NCBI GenBank assembly: GCA_964199315.1
Contig: OZ116712.1
Coordinates: 18,352,001 to 18,416,000 of the forward strand
Source of the DNA: Orbicella franksi
Lineage: Eukaryota
Direction: 5' to 3'
DNA: 64,000 nucleotides
Shown: positions 23,001-35,360 of the stretch, one piece after another
How the letters are laid out: each line of letters opens with the position of its first letter
How positions within the stretch are numbered: the first letter of the stretch is position 1
The notes under the pieces: generated by a model
Told to the model about the DNA's origin: nothing
The model's input: only the letters and a program-made list of their open reading frames with translations
Databases searched by the model: none
Translations under genes and position numbers: made by a program

Positions 23001-26000
23001 AAAGGAAACGTGTACTAAAGCGGATACATAAAAAAATAAATGGATTAAATTTCGTCACTCCTGTTTAACCCAGAAGGTTCAGGGGTCTTACCCTTGGAGA
23101 TCGAGAGGAACAAAAAAGCCATCACACAACGACACATTGATCAACCCACCGCACTTCGGATCAATTTACCCTTCCTTCCCATTCTTTGGTCAACATAGAG
23201 CTCGTTCCTCTCGAACCAATCAACTCAAATAGGGACGCTATTCGAAAAGCAAGAGAAGCATTTTTGATCCCCAAGGGCAAGAGTCCTGAACCCTCTGGGT
23301 TAAACAGGCGTGACGAAATTTATTCTATCTTTTTCTCTCTATTTTTGTCAACCAATCTTGTCACATAGTTGCTTAAGTATCATTTCAGATTTTGCAACCG
23401 TTCTATACATATCTACTTAGCTTCAGTATAGCCCCTGAAGGTTACCCCTGTCTAACCGAAATATTGGGCATTAAATTTATATTTAACCTTTTCAGCCGTC
23501 CGGCCAGTCAGGCTTTCAATTGGTTTTATGCTTTATTTTACACTGCTGATCCTGATCTAAACCAAGATCCGGCTTCCGGCACTCCGCTGCTGTTTGTACA
23601 GTTTTTGGCCATGATATCCTGTTTGCCCGGGTTCTTTCTCGCGTGTTTTCAAAATACAACATAGCTGCCAAGCGGTAAACGAGCACTAATGAATGCTGCA
23701 ATTGAATGATAAATGGAGAGCTGAAGACTTAAGAAATTCTCATGCAATGTGCAGCAAGAACCACAAGCCATGCAGGTTGCTTCCTTACAGCTTCTCTTCT
23801 GTTGTAGATGATTATTTGGTCTTTTCTACACAGACCCGACGGTGCTGCAGTCGTATGAACCAGTCGGTTGTTTCAAGGATGAAAGAGATCCACGCGCTCT
23901 ACCAGAATTACTCGAATGGTACCGTGTCAACGAGACAGATTTGCCCAATTCCCTCGCAGCCATAATTCAGAAGTGTGCTACTAAGGTGTATGAGAAAGGC
24001 TTCTGGTATTTTGGCGTGGAATTTCGCCACGAATGCTGGAGTGGAGTGAACGGTAGCTTAACTTACAATATACATGGGCGATCAAACAGTTGTTTATGGG
24101 ATCATGGCGTGGGATCTGTATGGACCATATTTGTTTACCGCTTTGTTAAAGGTTAGTTACCAGTTCATCACTTCGCTGGGAATTTAGTTTCCTGACAAGT
24201 CTGAGAGTCGAGAACTTGTGTTATGGCTGCGTAAGAAAATGCTTTATAATGGTTCTCATGCTTCTGTACATCAAGGTTTAAAACACTAGTTAACATCATA
24301 GGCGAAGAAATGTTGCTGGTTTGTTAAATGATATAGAATTTTCATGCTTTCAAATTATTGCTGAATTTTGACAAGATATTTTCTTTCCTTGGCACCTGAG
24401 ATTAGGTTCTCCATTTCTTTTACCGGTATGGCCAAAAATTAAACTTTCTGTATTTAACCTATTTCAGGTAAAGAGTTTCAAGTTCTAAAAATTTGTACGT
24501 AAACTGGTATTAAGTACCTGCCTAGATTAGTCTCCGGCTGCTCCAGTCCACTGGGTTGAAATACTGCATAGAAACCATAAATCTCTTTGTCGTGAACTGT
24601 GAAGTCTTTTTGTACAGAAACGCCATCCATGGCCATCTTAAAACGAACTATTAGAGCATAAGCCAATCAATTTAAACAATTCAAAACTTCAGCAGTTCAT
24701 ATTTTTTCTAAAGCTTTCATGTCATGTTTTTTTCTAATCAGCAGTGAACGGCAGTTGGAGCCAGTGGTCGTCGTGGCAATCATGCAGCGTGACGTGTGGA
24801 GCGGGAAACAGGACACGCTTTCGCACATGCTCCAATCCAGCGCCAAAATGGAACGGAAAGGATTGCCCAGGGACAAATATCTCCACAGAGAGATGCAATT
24901 TTCACAAATGTAAAGGTAGATCACAAAAACGTTAAACGTCAAAAGTTTATTGACCTTTCAATCTTAATTTCATGTCATGGATTCTTTCTCCTAATAATCA
25001 GTGAATGGCAGTTGGAGCCAGTGGTCGTCATGGCAATCATGCAGTGTGACGTGTGGAGGGGGACACAGGACACGTACTCGCACATGCTCTAATCCAGCGC
25101 CAAAATGGAACGGAAATGATTGCCCAGGGACAAATATCTCCACAGAGGGCTGCAATTTGCACAAATGTAAAGGTAGGTCACAGAAACTCAAAACTTCAAA
25201 AGTTTTTCCAACTCTTTCATGCCATGAATAATGTTCCCTCGATCTGATCATCAGTGAATGGCAGTTGGAGCCAGTGGTCGTCATGGGGACCATGCAGCGT
25301 GACGTGTAGAGGAGGACAGTGGACACGTACTCGCACATGCTCTAATCCAGCGCGAAAATGGAACGGAAATGATTGCCCTGGGAAAAAAAATGTCTCCACA
25401 GAGAGATGCAGTTTGCTTAAATGTATAGGTAGATGCCTTTTTTGAAAGATTTTTCCAAAAATGATTCCAGCTTGTTTTGGATCTCGGTGTGTTCCTTGCT
25501 TAATCTTTTCATTTCAGAACTGAGTTAGTTTTTGATTTTTAGGATGTTTTATTGTTTGTACCGATGTGACCGTGAACCCTAGGCCCCCATTCCTGCAAGA
25601 TGGCAAAATGAAATACAGCGGCAAGGAGGTATACGAGCGGCATTTAACTTCGCAATATAAATGGGACTCTATTAATACACAACCTTGTTAAATATTTTTG
25701 TTAGTCCAAGGGAAATAGACCTTGTTTTTAACGGTCGAGACTTGCGAACCTCTCGTGAAATGCGCAGCAAGAACCACCAGCCATGCAGGTTAGGCTGACT
25801 TCTCTAATTATTGATGATCTGGTCTTTTTACACAGATACGTCGGGGCTTCATCCGTATGAACCAGTCGGTTGTTTCAAAGACAATTATCCACGCGCTCTA
25901 CCAATATTAGTCCAAGAGTACTCTGTCAACGAGACAGATTTGGCCAATTCATTCGCCAGCATAATTCACGCGTGTGCTACTGAAGTCTTTGAGATTGGAT

Positions 26001-29000
26001 TCTGGTATTTTGGCGTGGAACATCGCCACCAATGCTGGAGTGGGGCGAATGGCGACATGACTTACCACAGACACGGAAAATCCGACGACTGTTTATGGAA
26101 TTATAGCGTGGGAGATAGATGGACCATATTTGTTTACCGCTTTGTTGAGGGTTAGTTACCAGTTGGTCACTTCACACTTCACACTAACTAATGTTAAATT
26201 ATGTAGAATGATTAGCATTTGGGTCCCAAACTAACTGATCTAAATATATTTCTTTCAGTCAGTTCTAAAAATCTGTGAACTGGTATTAAGCACCAGCCTT
26301 GATGGGGCTCTTGTTTTCTCCAGTTCATTGGATTGGAATACTAAATAAAAACTATAAAGCTTTTCTTTTATACAGAAACGACGTCTTAAAACGCCGTTTA
26401 CAGAGCATAGGCCGAGCATATTTAACCAATTAACAAAGTCAACAGTTTATACACTTTCTAAGGGTTTCATGTTATGGATTATTTTGTCTAATCATCAGTG
26501 AATGGCAGTTGGAGCCAGTGGTCGTCATGGCAACCATGCAGCGTGACGTGTGGAGGGGGACACAGGACACGTGCTCGCACATGCTCTAATCCAGCGCCTA
26601 AATGGAACGGAAAGTATTGTCCTGGGACAAATATCTCTACAGAGAGTTGTAATTTTCACAAATGTAAAGGTATACGCCTTTTTTTTTAAATAGTTTTCCT
26701 TAAAATGATTTCGGCTTATCCTGATGCTCTAGTATGTTCCTTGCTTTTCATTATGGAAGTGAGTTTCTAAGGTGGCTTTGTGCCTTAAGAATACACTCAA
26801 ACCTCTTTTATACGGGCAACAAAGAGGCAGAACTGAATGCCTTTACTATAAATGTGTCCGTGAGGGGAGAGGTTCCACCGTAAAGTGTTATTTAAAGTGG
26901 TTGTCAGAATGTTGTTAAGACGTAAAGGCAAGAGATCAATATATAAATGTAACATAGTTTTAGACAGACATTAAAACTTACAAAGTACGTATAGAGTAAA
27001 GAACTGTCCCAATATACTAAAAACTTACAATACAATCTATTTGAAATCAAAGAGACATCTATTTACAGTGCATGAGTCGACTTGGTAAGGATGGGACCTA
27101 CCGCATAGGGTGCTGTTCTTACGTGGTCGGAGAACATCCTGCAAGGGATACGAGGGAGTACCCACCAGACTATTCCACAGCCTCAAATCCCTTTCTTTAA
27201 CGATCTGTTAGATCGGCGTTACTTGTTGAATGTATCCCAATCTAAATGCCCTTTTCTGTATCCTTTTCTGTAGCCTTCTATGTAGCCTTTTCTGTAGGCT
27301 ATCAAGAATTGATATAAGCTATAGCGTTTGTCGAATTTTTTTCTTTTAATCATCGAGATCATTATATCAGACTTTGTACCATTAGTGTTCTTTACCATTA
27401 AGGAATATTCATAATTTATGAAATATTGCTATGAGTTTACTGCTTCTAATGTAATTCACAAGCGGCGCTGAAATAATAATAACAATAATGATAACAGCAA
27501 GTTTGAAATAGATTGATTCAAGTTTAAAAGAAAAAAAATGGCATAAAATATCTTTGTCAAATAAATAAATTAGTTATCTCCCTTTTCGATTTAAATGTAA
27601 TTTACAGGCTCCCTTTTTCGATTTACACGTTATTTACAGGCTCCTTTTTTCAATTTTCATGTTATTTACAGCCTCCCTTTTTTTATTTACACGTTGTTTA
27701 CAACCTCCCTTTTTTATTTATATGTTATTTACAGTAATTTGGCAAACTCTCTCTATTAAATTTACATGTTATTTACGGCTTTCCAGGTTAAATCACAAGA
27801 AATATACAGGCCATTTACAGTATTTGCAGGGACAGTTTACATGTGATTTACATGATCTTAGCCCTTTGCTTTGAAAAATTTACAGTGTTTTCTCCATCAT
27901 TTTCATGTTTCACCTGAAATATTTACATGTTTTTTTACATGGAAACTCCAAAACATGCAAAAGGGAAAAAATCATGTAAATTATTCTTCACAGTCTCTTT
28001 TTGATAATTTACATGTTAATTACATGTTATTTACATACTTTGTAAATTTATAACTTTTCCAGTAATGCATGGTGTTGTCATATTTCGCTCTTTATTGAAT
28101 TCAGACTCTTCAGGAAGTAATCTTCCTCACAACAATCAGACCTATTATGGTCAGAACGCTGGAGAATCATCTTTGCCACTGGTAGCGAAGATTGCGGGCA
28201 GCTCGCTTTTGGTTCTGCTATCTTTAAGTGCAGTACTATGGTTTGCTTTTAGATATTGTAGAAAGAGTCGGTGAGTATAACTTAGAAAGAATACTCTCGG
28301 TCGGCTCTAACTAATAATACGTGTGTTTTATTCAAGGAAAAACTAGGAGGGTAGGCAACGTTTAGGTCACTTGTGTGACCTATAAACTTGCTGCAACACA
28401 ATAAAAAGTTTAATGCTGCGGTCTAGACCACAAAAAGTAATACCAATAGATATTAATTAACAAAAAATTGCAAAATAAATATTTTACATTCCCTATTCTT
28501 GTGCCAAATAACCAAAGAAACATCAAGAAAGTACTGTACAGAAAAATTAATACTATCTTAAATAGAACTGCTTTATCATTTTGTGCACGCTCAAGAGGAG
28601 TCGATATCGATGACGTCAACATGACAACAAAATTAAAAACGCTTATCGTGAATTTTCGGGCGTTTTATTCCGTGGAATTTTGTTAAAAAATTAGCAAACT
28701 GGTAATAGATATTTTGCCTTAGTTGGAGCTCGTGTTTCAGGGAAATCTGTCAGACCGGTATTTCCACAGCAGGAAATTTCGGAGAAATTTCGCAGAATGA
28801 ATAAAACCATACAAACTAGGGTGCGTTAGCCGATAAATGATTACTCTTAGCCATCTTAAGTACTTCCTATGTTGAAAGCTCGAGCTCTTGATTCTTATAT
28901 ACATGTTTTCAGATCCAATTCAGAACTCTCTGATCCGTTTGAAGTGCTTTTTGATGACATTTCCCTGGATAAGATTATCGGAGAAGGAGCTTTTGGGAAA

Positions 29001-32000
29001 GTATACAGTGGCAGGCTTTTAAAAGAAACTATGGAGGTTGGAAAAGGAAGGAAACCTTCGCAGAGCAAGACGGATAAGGAGCAGCAGCAAATGAAGATGG
29101 GCCTGACCGTTGCTGTGAAAATGTTACAAAGTATGATTTGGTTACGCCAGCGTTCTATAACCTATAAATATAGATAAGGTTCTCAAAACGACCTTTCAAA
29201 GTCTTGGCATGGGCAAAATATAAAGTGGCAATGAGTGATATATTTTGAGTTAACCATTTTGGCAATCTCAGGAAATAGGCGCAAAATTGGGATCCTGTTT
29301 AATGTTTCAGTTTTAATTGATGCTCGCCCATGTATTTGTGACGATTATGTTTAAAACTTGAAGTGAAAAATTCTTTTTTATTTTTGCCGTACTAGATGGT
29401 GCCACAGAAGAACAAATGCAAGAATTCCTAGAGGAAATACAGCTCATGAAACAAATCGGGTATCACCTGAACATATTGAACTTATTGGCCTGCTGTACTA
29501 TGACAAGTCCCATGTTCCTTGTAGTGGAGTTTGCAAAGAATGGGGACTTACTTCACTACCTCCGAAGAAGAAGAGAGCAGGTGATGTGAGATAATTAAAA
29601 ATCTTACCTCCCTTTTAGTTTGGTCAGTAAGTTTTAGAAAACCGGTCTACTTACACAAACTGTACTGTTTATTGATTTAATTCAATACAGTGCAACCTCA
29701 ACTAAAGGCCATCTCTCTACAACGGCCACTTTGTTCTGTGTCCAAGAGAGGTTTGACTTTATTCTCTATAAAATTTGGAAACACGAGCAAATTCGAATGT
29801 TCAGGGACAGTTGAACGGGTGCAGAAAAATAATTCCGGTCCCTCAGACTATTTTTTGCTTCTTCGAATTGCTTTGTGCTGTCGTTCCCAGCTAGTTATTT
29901 ACTTATAGTTTTTTACGAAAAAAGTGTCAAGATGTCATAAACAATTCGTTTTTCTGCGCTCGTTATAAGCCAAAATATTATAGCTGTGAATTTCAAGAAA
30001 ACGCCTCGACCGTATAACGTAGAAAACCATGAAATAACGTTGACTGTAAAACAAAAGTTAAGGACCTTACTCCACCATACTGAAGCTTCTCCTGCTTACC
30101 TAATCTTCGGCAGCATAAGCAAGCTAAGTAGAAGCATTACCAGCCCCCCGCCCAGATTTGCGCCAGCAGCAAGGTACCCCTACATTCCGGTCATAGCTCT
30201 TTGTATAACGTTGCCCAAGCCCATATAACTCTTCAGTAGCCACAATACTTTTAAATGGAGAGAGGCATTGTGAGACTAAAGACTCGTGCAGAACAGAGCG
30301 CCTGAAAAACATAAAAGTCTCTCCGCTGCTTTGTTTTACATTTTAGATCAAACAAGCTTTTGAAGAGACGGAAGATGCAGCGCCTCGACATCAAACCGAA
30401 GGAGTCATAAACGAAGGGACCTTACATGAAGTAATTATTAGTTGCACTCTTTGTTCCATGTAAGAAGAGAGACTGAGGTAACCAGTAGTGGACTGGAGTG
30501 CAAATCCTCCAGTCCCTCCTACTACTTGGATTCGTGTTCGGTAGTGCCGAATTCAACTCCTTCTCGCTTTGTGAATAGCACTGGATTCTCAGAACTTACT
30601 CTTAATAAGAGTACCATTCTGCTGGTAGATTAGTTTTGATCTCATGCATTTGATTAGAAGGAGGTGGTTTGAATTTGTCTCCTTTCAGAACTTTCAGGTT
30701 GACGCTCAAAATTCGCTGGTAGGCTGCAGTTTAACCCCCGAAAATATAAGCCTCCCAGAGATTCTTTCAGAATTTTGAAAAGCTTTTTTTTTTCTCACCC
30801 TCGCCGAACTTTCAACTACCTTCACGTCATTTGACTTTACCATAGTAACCGCTAGTCAAACTTTACCCTTTTCGACAGCCGTAAGCCTCCACCTAACGGG
30901 GTTCCTGACCAACAGGAAGTGAAATTTTCCGTTTTCAGACGGCTAAAATGCTGTGAAAAAGCAACGATATCCAATTTTATTTTTCGATTTCTAAATTAGG
31001 ATTTCGTGAAGATTTCATGAAGCAAATAAAATTACTTCATGTCATATCACTTTAAATAAGTCCTATTTACTTTTCAGTGCACCAGCGACAATAACAGATG
31101 TACATATATTTCTCATCAGAGTAACAACAATGATACTGACGACTTACATGACGATGATACTCTCACACCCGCTGACCTAATGACGTTCGCATGGCAGATA
31201 GGGAAGGGAATGGTACGAGCTGTGTTACGTGCATACTGTGAGACTGGCCAATATGTTTGCAATTTGTAATATTAAGATTAATGCTTTGATGGCATTTTTC
31301 ACAGATTATTGCTTTCCTTTTCATTAACAACTTCTGTTGCAGTGATCAAAACTTCCCTTTCCTATTTTACATAGGAGTTTTTGTCACGTAAAGGATTCGT
31401 TCATCGTGACCTGGCGGCGAGAAATGTTCTCGTTTGTGAAGGCAAGCTAGTCAAGATAGCTGACTTTGGATTGTCGCGTAACGTGTACGCCGAGAAAGTG
31501 TACCATGCTACAAAGACCAGAAAACTGCCAATCAAATGGATGTCACCAGAGGCCATTCATGATCAAGTGTTCACGGCAGAGAGTGACGTGTAAGTTTAAA
31601 AGTATCAGGTGAGGGGAGTCGGTGAGGTTCCTTATCAACGGTTTTACTCAAATCCAAGTCTGAGTCGCTACATTCGGAGTTTGCTGATTTGGAGCAGCCC
31701 TAATCAAAGATATTCTAGCGTTTTTAGCCGCTACAATTACTGTTTTGAAATTTTTTGACGACAAACGTAGTGGGAAAGTAAAAAATTCGCTCACAGTTCA
31801 AAAGTGACGTTACAAAGTGTTGACCAACATGTCAATTAAATAGTTAATTTGTCACTGATATAGCGTCATATAAAGTCTGAGCTTCCGTTCTTTTCTATTG
31901 CGTCACGTGACAATGAATATTTGGCTCGGGATGGAAAATTCCCTTCAGGGAATAACCAATAACTGGGCATCTGATAAGGTTTATCTCATTTATCTCAACA

Positions 32001-33179
32001 GGTGGGCGTATGGTATTCTACTTTGGGAGATTTTAACAATTGGTGCGTAGCATCTCTTTCTTTCGAATCGCCTTTTTAGAATCTATGTACTTTTGACATA
32101 CATACAGACATACATACATACATTGAATTCCTTGTTAAGTTGGCCTAAAATCATGAGTTTCAGAATTCACAAGTTGTTTAGGTTTCGTTGCACTTGCGCA
32201 TGCAAGACTATACTACTTAGAAAATAGCCCAAAGAAAATACGCGCGCTGATTGGTTTAAAATCGTGTTTCTATTTAACAATAAGATTATGAGATCGAGAT
32301 TTCTAGCACGTGATAGAAATCGAGAGCAAGTAATCTACTTGTTTTAGTATAAATCTACTAGTCATTCAAAACTTTATCTAAATCCTCCTCACAAACACTT
32401 CCAAAACGCAAATAAGTGGCCGTCATTTTGTTAACCAGCGCAAACTGCTACGCTACTCACTATCTACAACAGAATAGATTCTGAGTAGCGTAGCCAATCA
32501 GAGAACAGCATTCGTCATAGAACGCTAGTGGATTTATACTCAAACTTGATGGAAACACAAAGAGTATGCTTTTTTATTTCTTTTAAAAAATTCCTCGACG
32601 TAAAAAGAAACACAATTTGTTTACTTTGTAGTTGGCTCGGGCGGCCCCCGCAACTATCACGCGATAGAAATCTCGATCTCATAATGTAATTGTTTAATAG
32701 AACACTCGTGGAAGTTTGGGAGAACTCAAAAATCTGTGGAAACACTCGCCAATTAGCTTGTGTTCCCAAAGCTTTTCTTGTTCTCCCAAACTTCCACGAG
32801 TATTTCTATAACTCGATAGAAAAGCCGTACATGTTTTCTATTTCTTAAATAAACACAACTGCTTGGATCAGTTCATCACTTCATGTTCCACCTGGCTGTA
32901 GTTTAGAGAGGCTATGAATGATCTCACTTCTGCATCACTTGTCGGGCATATTACTCACCCCTCCTCCAAGACCCGCTATACATGTATCGCTATGGATGTA
33001 GAACTACTTTAAAATAACATATTGCTGCAATTCAAAATAGATCAAAATCAAAATCAAAACCAGTTAATAGATAAAGTCCAGAATCTGGGAAATGAAAGAA
33101 GGTAAATATGCAAAGACTCTCGGCAAAATTCTGGTCACAGCAATTTTTCTTATGCGAGATATGCGGAGAAATTTTTTTC

Positions 33180-33213
<34 letters not shown>

Positions 33214-34244
33214 CTGGTGCCCATCCGTGTGGGCACCAAGATGGCGGCCGGAAACCAAGAGAAACATCTTCACTGAATTTTGCTACAAAAGCGTGAATTG
33301 ATCCCTCGAGGAACTCTAAAACATTAAAATAATACTTTTTCTAAGACATGAACTGTTCAGATAGCCAAGTTCCCCGAAATGAGTCACCTTTTTAACCATC
33401 ATGACAGCTCTCTAGGCCGTCATGTAAATGCCGCGTCACGCAAAAGCCTAGAAATTCAAACGTAGTGTATCACAAAACCAAGAACCCATTCGGAGCGAAA
33501 ATTTGTATGAATATTAGTTTTCAGCTGCTCTTATACATCATTCAAGTAAAATCTCAGGAAGATCAACAGTTTTGTAGTTCGAATTTTAGTGACGTCATGT
33601 GAAAACCAGCCATTAGACATATTAATGTGTGATTATAATGATCAATGAACTTACCTTTGATCTACAATAAGCAAGCTAGTTTCCAGGACTGCCACTCACT
33701 AGATATCTACAAACATGACCGGGAATTGAAATCGGGGCTACCAATCACAAATGTAGCTAGTGGAAGGGGAGCGGACTTGAGTTCGGAATCTCCGAATTAC
33801 AACGCTATCAACGCCCTCAACAACATGCTATCGATATCTCGCTGCCCCATAAACTGATCTTTTCTTTCTTTGTATCTAGGTGGGACGCCATATCCTACCA
33901 TTAGTAATTATGCACTTTTTGAGGCTCTGAAATCTGGATACAGAATGGAAAAACCACAAATGTGCTCGGATGAAATGTAAGCGTTCTTTTTATCTCGCAC
34001 CGTTCTTCTCATGAAATGATAACTGACACCTGCCACTATTTTTCTCAGGTATGACCTGATGCAACAGTGTTGGAAAGAAAATCCCGCTGAAAGGCCTTCA
34101 TTCACTGTCGTCCAGGAACAACTTGAACGGATGATGTTACAGCATTGTCCTTATTTGGATATGGCTGACGCACTCTATAGTTACACACCCCTTTATGACG
34201 CTGACAGTGACAAAGAAACGCAAATGGAAAGTACTACTTTGTAA
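17096..34244 (+). CDS. Receptor tyrosine kinase B1 (SP - WSC-like - TSP1 x3 - WSC-like - TSP1 - TM - split TK), 932 aa, apparently intact
   Basis: 16 GT-AG exons, 2799 nt, in frame: 17096-17237, 23834-24151, 24745-24915, 25002-25172, 25255-25428, 25836-26150, 26499-26669, 28105-28270, 28913-29130, 29396-29580, 30347-30430, 31078-31212, 31375-31589, 32002-32042, 33880-33976, 34049-34244. Motifs [46 protein letters not shown]/Tie-like kinase. Confidence 0.92.
18477..19247. mobile_element. TTAA-flanked MITE (Kolobok-like), 771 bp
   Basis: TTAA|AGTGCCCATGAAGTAAAAAATAAT...ATTATTTTTTACTTCATAGGTACT|TTAA, with long imperfect TIRs. Confidence 0.85.
19252..22857. mobile_element. Foldback-type TTAA element (Kolobok-like) with about 1035-bp near-identical TIRs and a 1.5-kb spacer
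   Basis: TTAA|GAGTGATTTTCTGAGAGTGTCGAGAATCGG...CCGATTCTCGACACTCTCAGAAAATCACTC|TTAA. Arms at 19252-20286 and 21819-22857. Confidence 0.92.
22869..22910 (-). ncRNA. Degenerate minimal type-I hammerhead ribozyme motif
   Basis: GCCC-CTGAATA-A-GGTTAG-tcctgt-CTAACC-GAA-ATAT-T-GGGC. Stems I and II and a palindromic stem III are present; core G8 is changed to T. Confidence 0.55.
23431..23469 (+). ncRNA. Degenerate minimal hammerhead motif, second copy
   Basis: GCCC-CTGAAG-GTTAC-ccctgt-CTAACC-GAAATATT-GGGC, with a 3-nt deletion in the core. Confidence 0.45.
23834..26669 (+). CDS. B1 ectodomain exons (two WSC-like, four TSP1)
   Basis: TSP1: WSQWSSW-CSVTCG-RTRTC. WSC-like: [13 protein letters not shown]...CA...[14 protein letters not shown]...YG.S..C...VG..WT.FVYR. 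Confidence 0.9.
26960..27260 (-). mobile_element. CR1/L2-type LINE 3' end fragment
   Basis: Minus strand reads [49 protein letters not shown], resembling a LINE ORF2 C-terminus. Confidence 0.55.
27580..28045. repeat. Degenerate approximately 33-bp tandem repeat and TTTACA-rich tract
   Basis: About five ATTTACAGGCTCCCTTTTT-like units at 27580-27740, then dispersed TTTACA/TTACATG motifs. Confidence 0.7.
28105..28270 (+). CDS. B1 transmembrane exon
   Basis: [23 protein letters not shown] followed by the basic stop-transfer RYCRKSR; donor GTGAGT. Confidence 0.85.
28913..34244 (+). CDS. B1 tyrosine kinase domain exons with kinase insert
   Basis: Canonical catalytic motifs spread over 8 exons, with insert exons at 30347-30430 and 31078-31212. 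Confidence 0.93.
32217..32848. mobile_element. Interspersed non-autonomous element with a subterminal hairpin
   Basis: Termini TTAGAAAATAG / CTATTTCTTAA and hairpin AAGTTTGGGAGAAC...GTTCTCCCAAACTT. Not seen in the homologous A2 intron. Confidence 0.55.
33021..33614. mobile_element. Non-autonomous DNA element, copy 1
   Basis: Highly similar to 40748-41317; ends GACGTCATGTGAAAACCAGC. Confidence 0.75.
33700..33845 (-). mobile_element. tRNA-derived SINE remnant shared by the B1 and A2 introns
   Basis: Box-B-like GGACTTGAGTTCGGA / GAATTGAAATCGGG segments. The homolog lies in the same intron of A2 (about 43835-43950). A related fragment is at about 30490-30590. Confidence 0.5.
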
Positions 34245-34668
34245 CTTACATGCTGATTTGCATGTAAGTGTTTTGGATATGATGACAAGTTGGCATTCTG
34301 TACGTTTCTCAGCCGTTGTTGTTTCCAAAACAAGGCTTGCGGTGTCTTTTCCAGACAAAACAAGTCTTGTTTTTTAGGAAATATGCCGACCAAAGTCAGC
34401 CCATAGTGAAAACAATGAACACCACACGAAGATCCGCCACTTTATCAAGGAATATTTCATGGAGTATAAAGTGACACGTCGCAAAGTAACATGAAATACC
34501 ATTTCGCGAAGCACCTCAGAGGGCCATTTGGAAAAGTACCAAGCTATATATATATTTGTCAACGTGCAAATTAACATTTCGCAAACTTTTTTTAGTACCA
34601 TGTGTTAAAGTGACTAACAACATTTCGCAAACTACCAATTAAAATTTTGTAGCGTATGACTATCTTGT

Positions 34669-35360
34669 GGAGGGGGTGAATAGGTTGGCCGATCGACAGA
34701 TTTGGCCTTTAAAAGCGCACGGATTGCGGACTTACGCGATAAATTGAGCGGATTCGCGGATTTCTAAAATACGGCGGATCGTGGATCAGCTGTGAATTTC
34801 AGCGCGGATTCCGGACTATACATCTCTTGAAGTTCAGATCATGGATCCTCGACGAAGTTTTGATCATAGATCTTTGGTCGGTACGTTCAAGTTTCATTGA
34901 CTTTATTTCTTTTTTCGAACGAAACTCATTATTTAAACTCGGATTTGACGTTGTTATTGGAATTGTGTGATCCTTATCCAGTATGTGGAATTCTTTACAA
35001 TTTTTGCGAACTTCACAATGGCATTCACATTTAACAGTTTATGTACCGATGAACTGTTACACTCCTGTTTCTTTCTCACACAAAACCAAGTGACAAATCT
35101 GTTAGATCAGTTATCCATTGTCTTAAGATTAGGACTTGAGTTATCGTCCCATAATTTCCAAAATATTGCAATGTCCTCCGGTCTAGTTCAGAACAAGGGA
35201 CGCACATACCCCAAAAGCGGGAGGGAAAAATAGTCTTACATACTACTGTTGCGGTGAAGTTACGCCACAGAAAGTTTTCAAAAAATGCGATCTCGGGTTT
35301 GAACGAAAATGTTGGTGGATCGGAGGATTTATGTACCCCTATTCACCCCCCCCCCCCTCC
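34669..35360. mobile_element. TIR element (GGAGGGGGTGAATAGG...CCTATTCACC(C)nTCC)
   Basis: Terminal inverted repeats with TTGT repeated on both flanks and internal GCGGAT repeats. Confidence 0.7.

Larger units (their letters stand above)
18428..23530. mobile_element. Penelope-like element remnant (inverted terminal copies), split by two TTAA elements
   Basis: 18428-18472 plus 22860-23105 is inverted relative to 23245-23530. A GIY-YIG C-terminus-like peptide [41 protein letters not shown] lies at about 23190-23315. The block is absent from B2 intron 1 (about 61150). Confidence 0.75.

Noticed and set aside
24745-25428. Regularly spaced repeats as a CRISPR-like or satellite array
   Set aside because: They are spliced TSP1 coding exons with GT-AG borders.
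28063-28104. [13 protein letters not shown] as the start of the TM exon
   Set aside because: The equivalent upstream AG is absent in A2. The shared acceptor is TT(G/A)(A/T)ATTCAG at 28104 and 48946.
28913-34244. Naming the kinase RET or FGFR
   Set aside because: The kinase is family-like, but the ectodomain lacks cadherin or Ig domains. Orthology needs a phylogeny, so no symbol is given.
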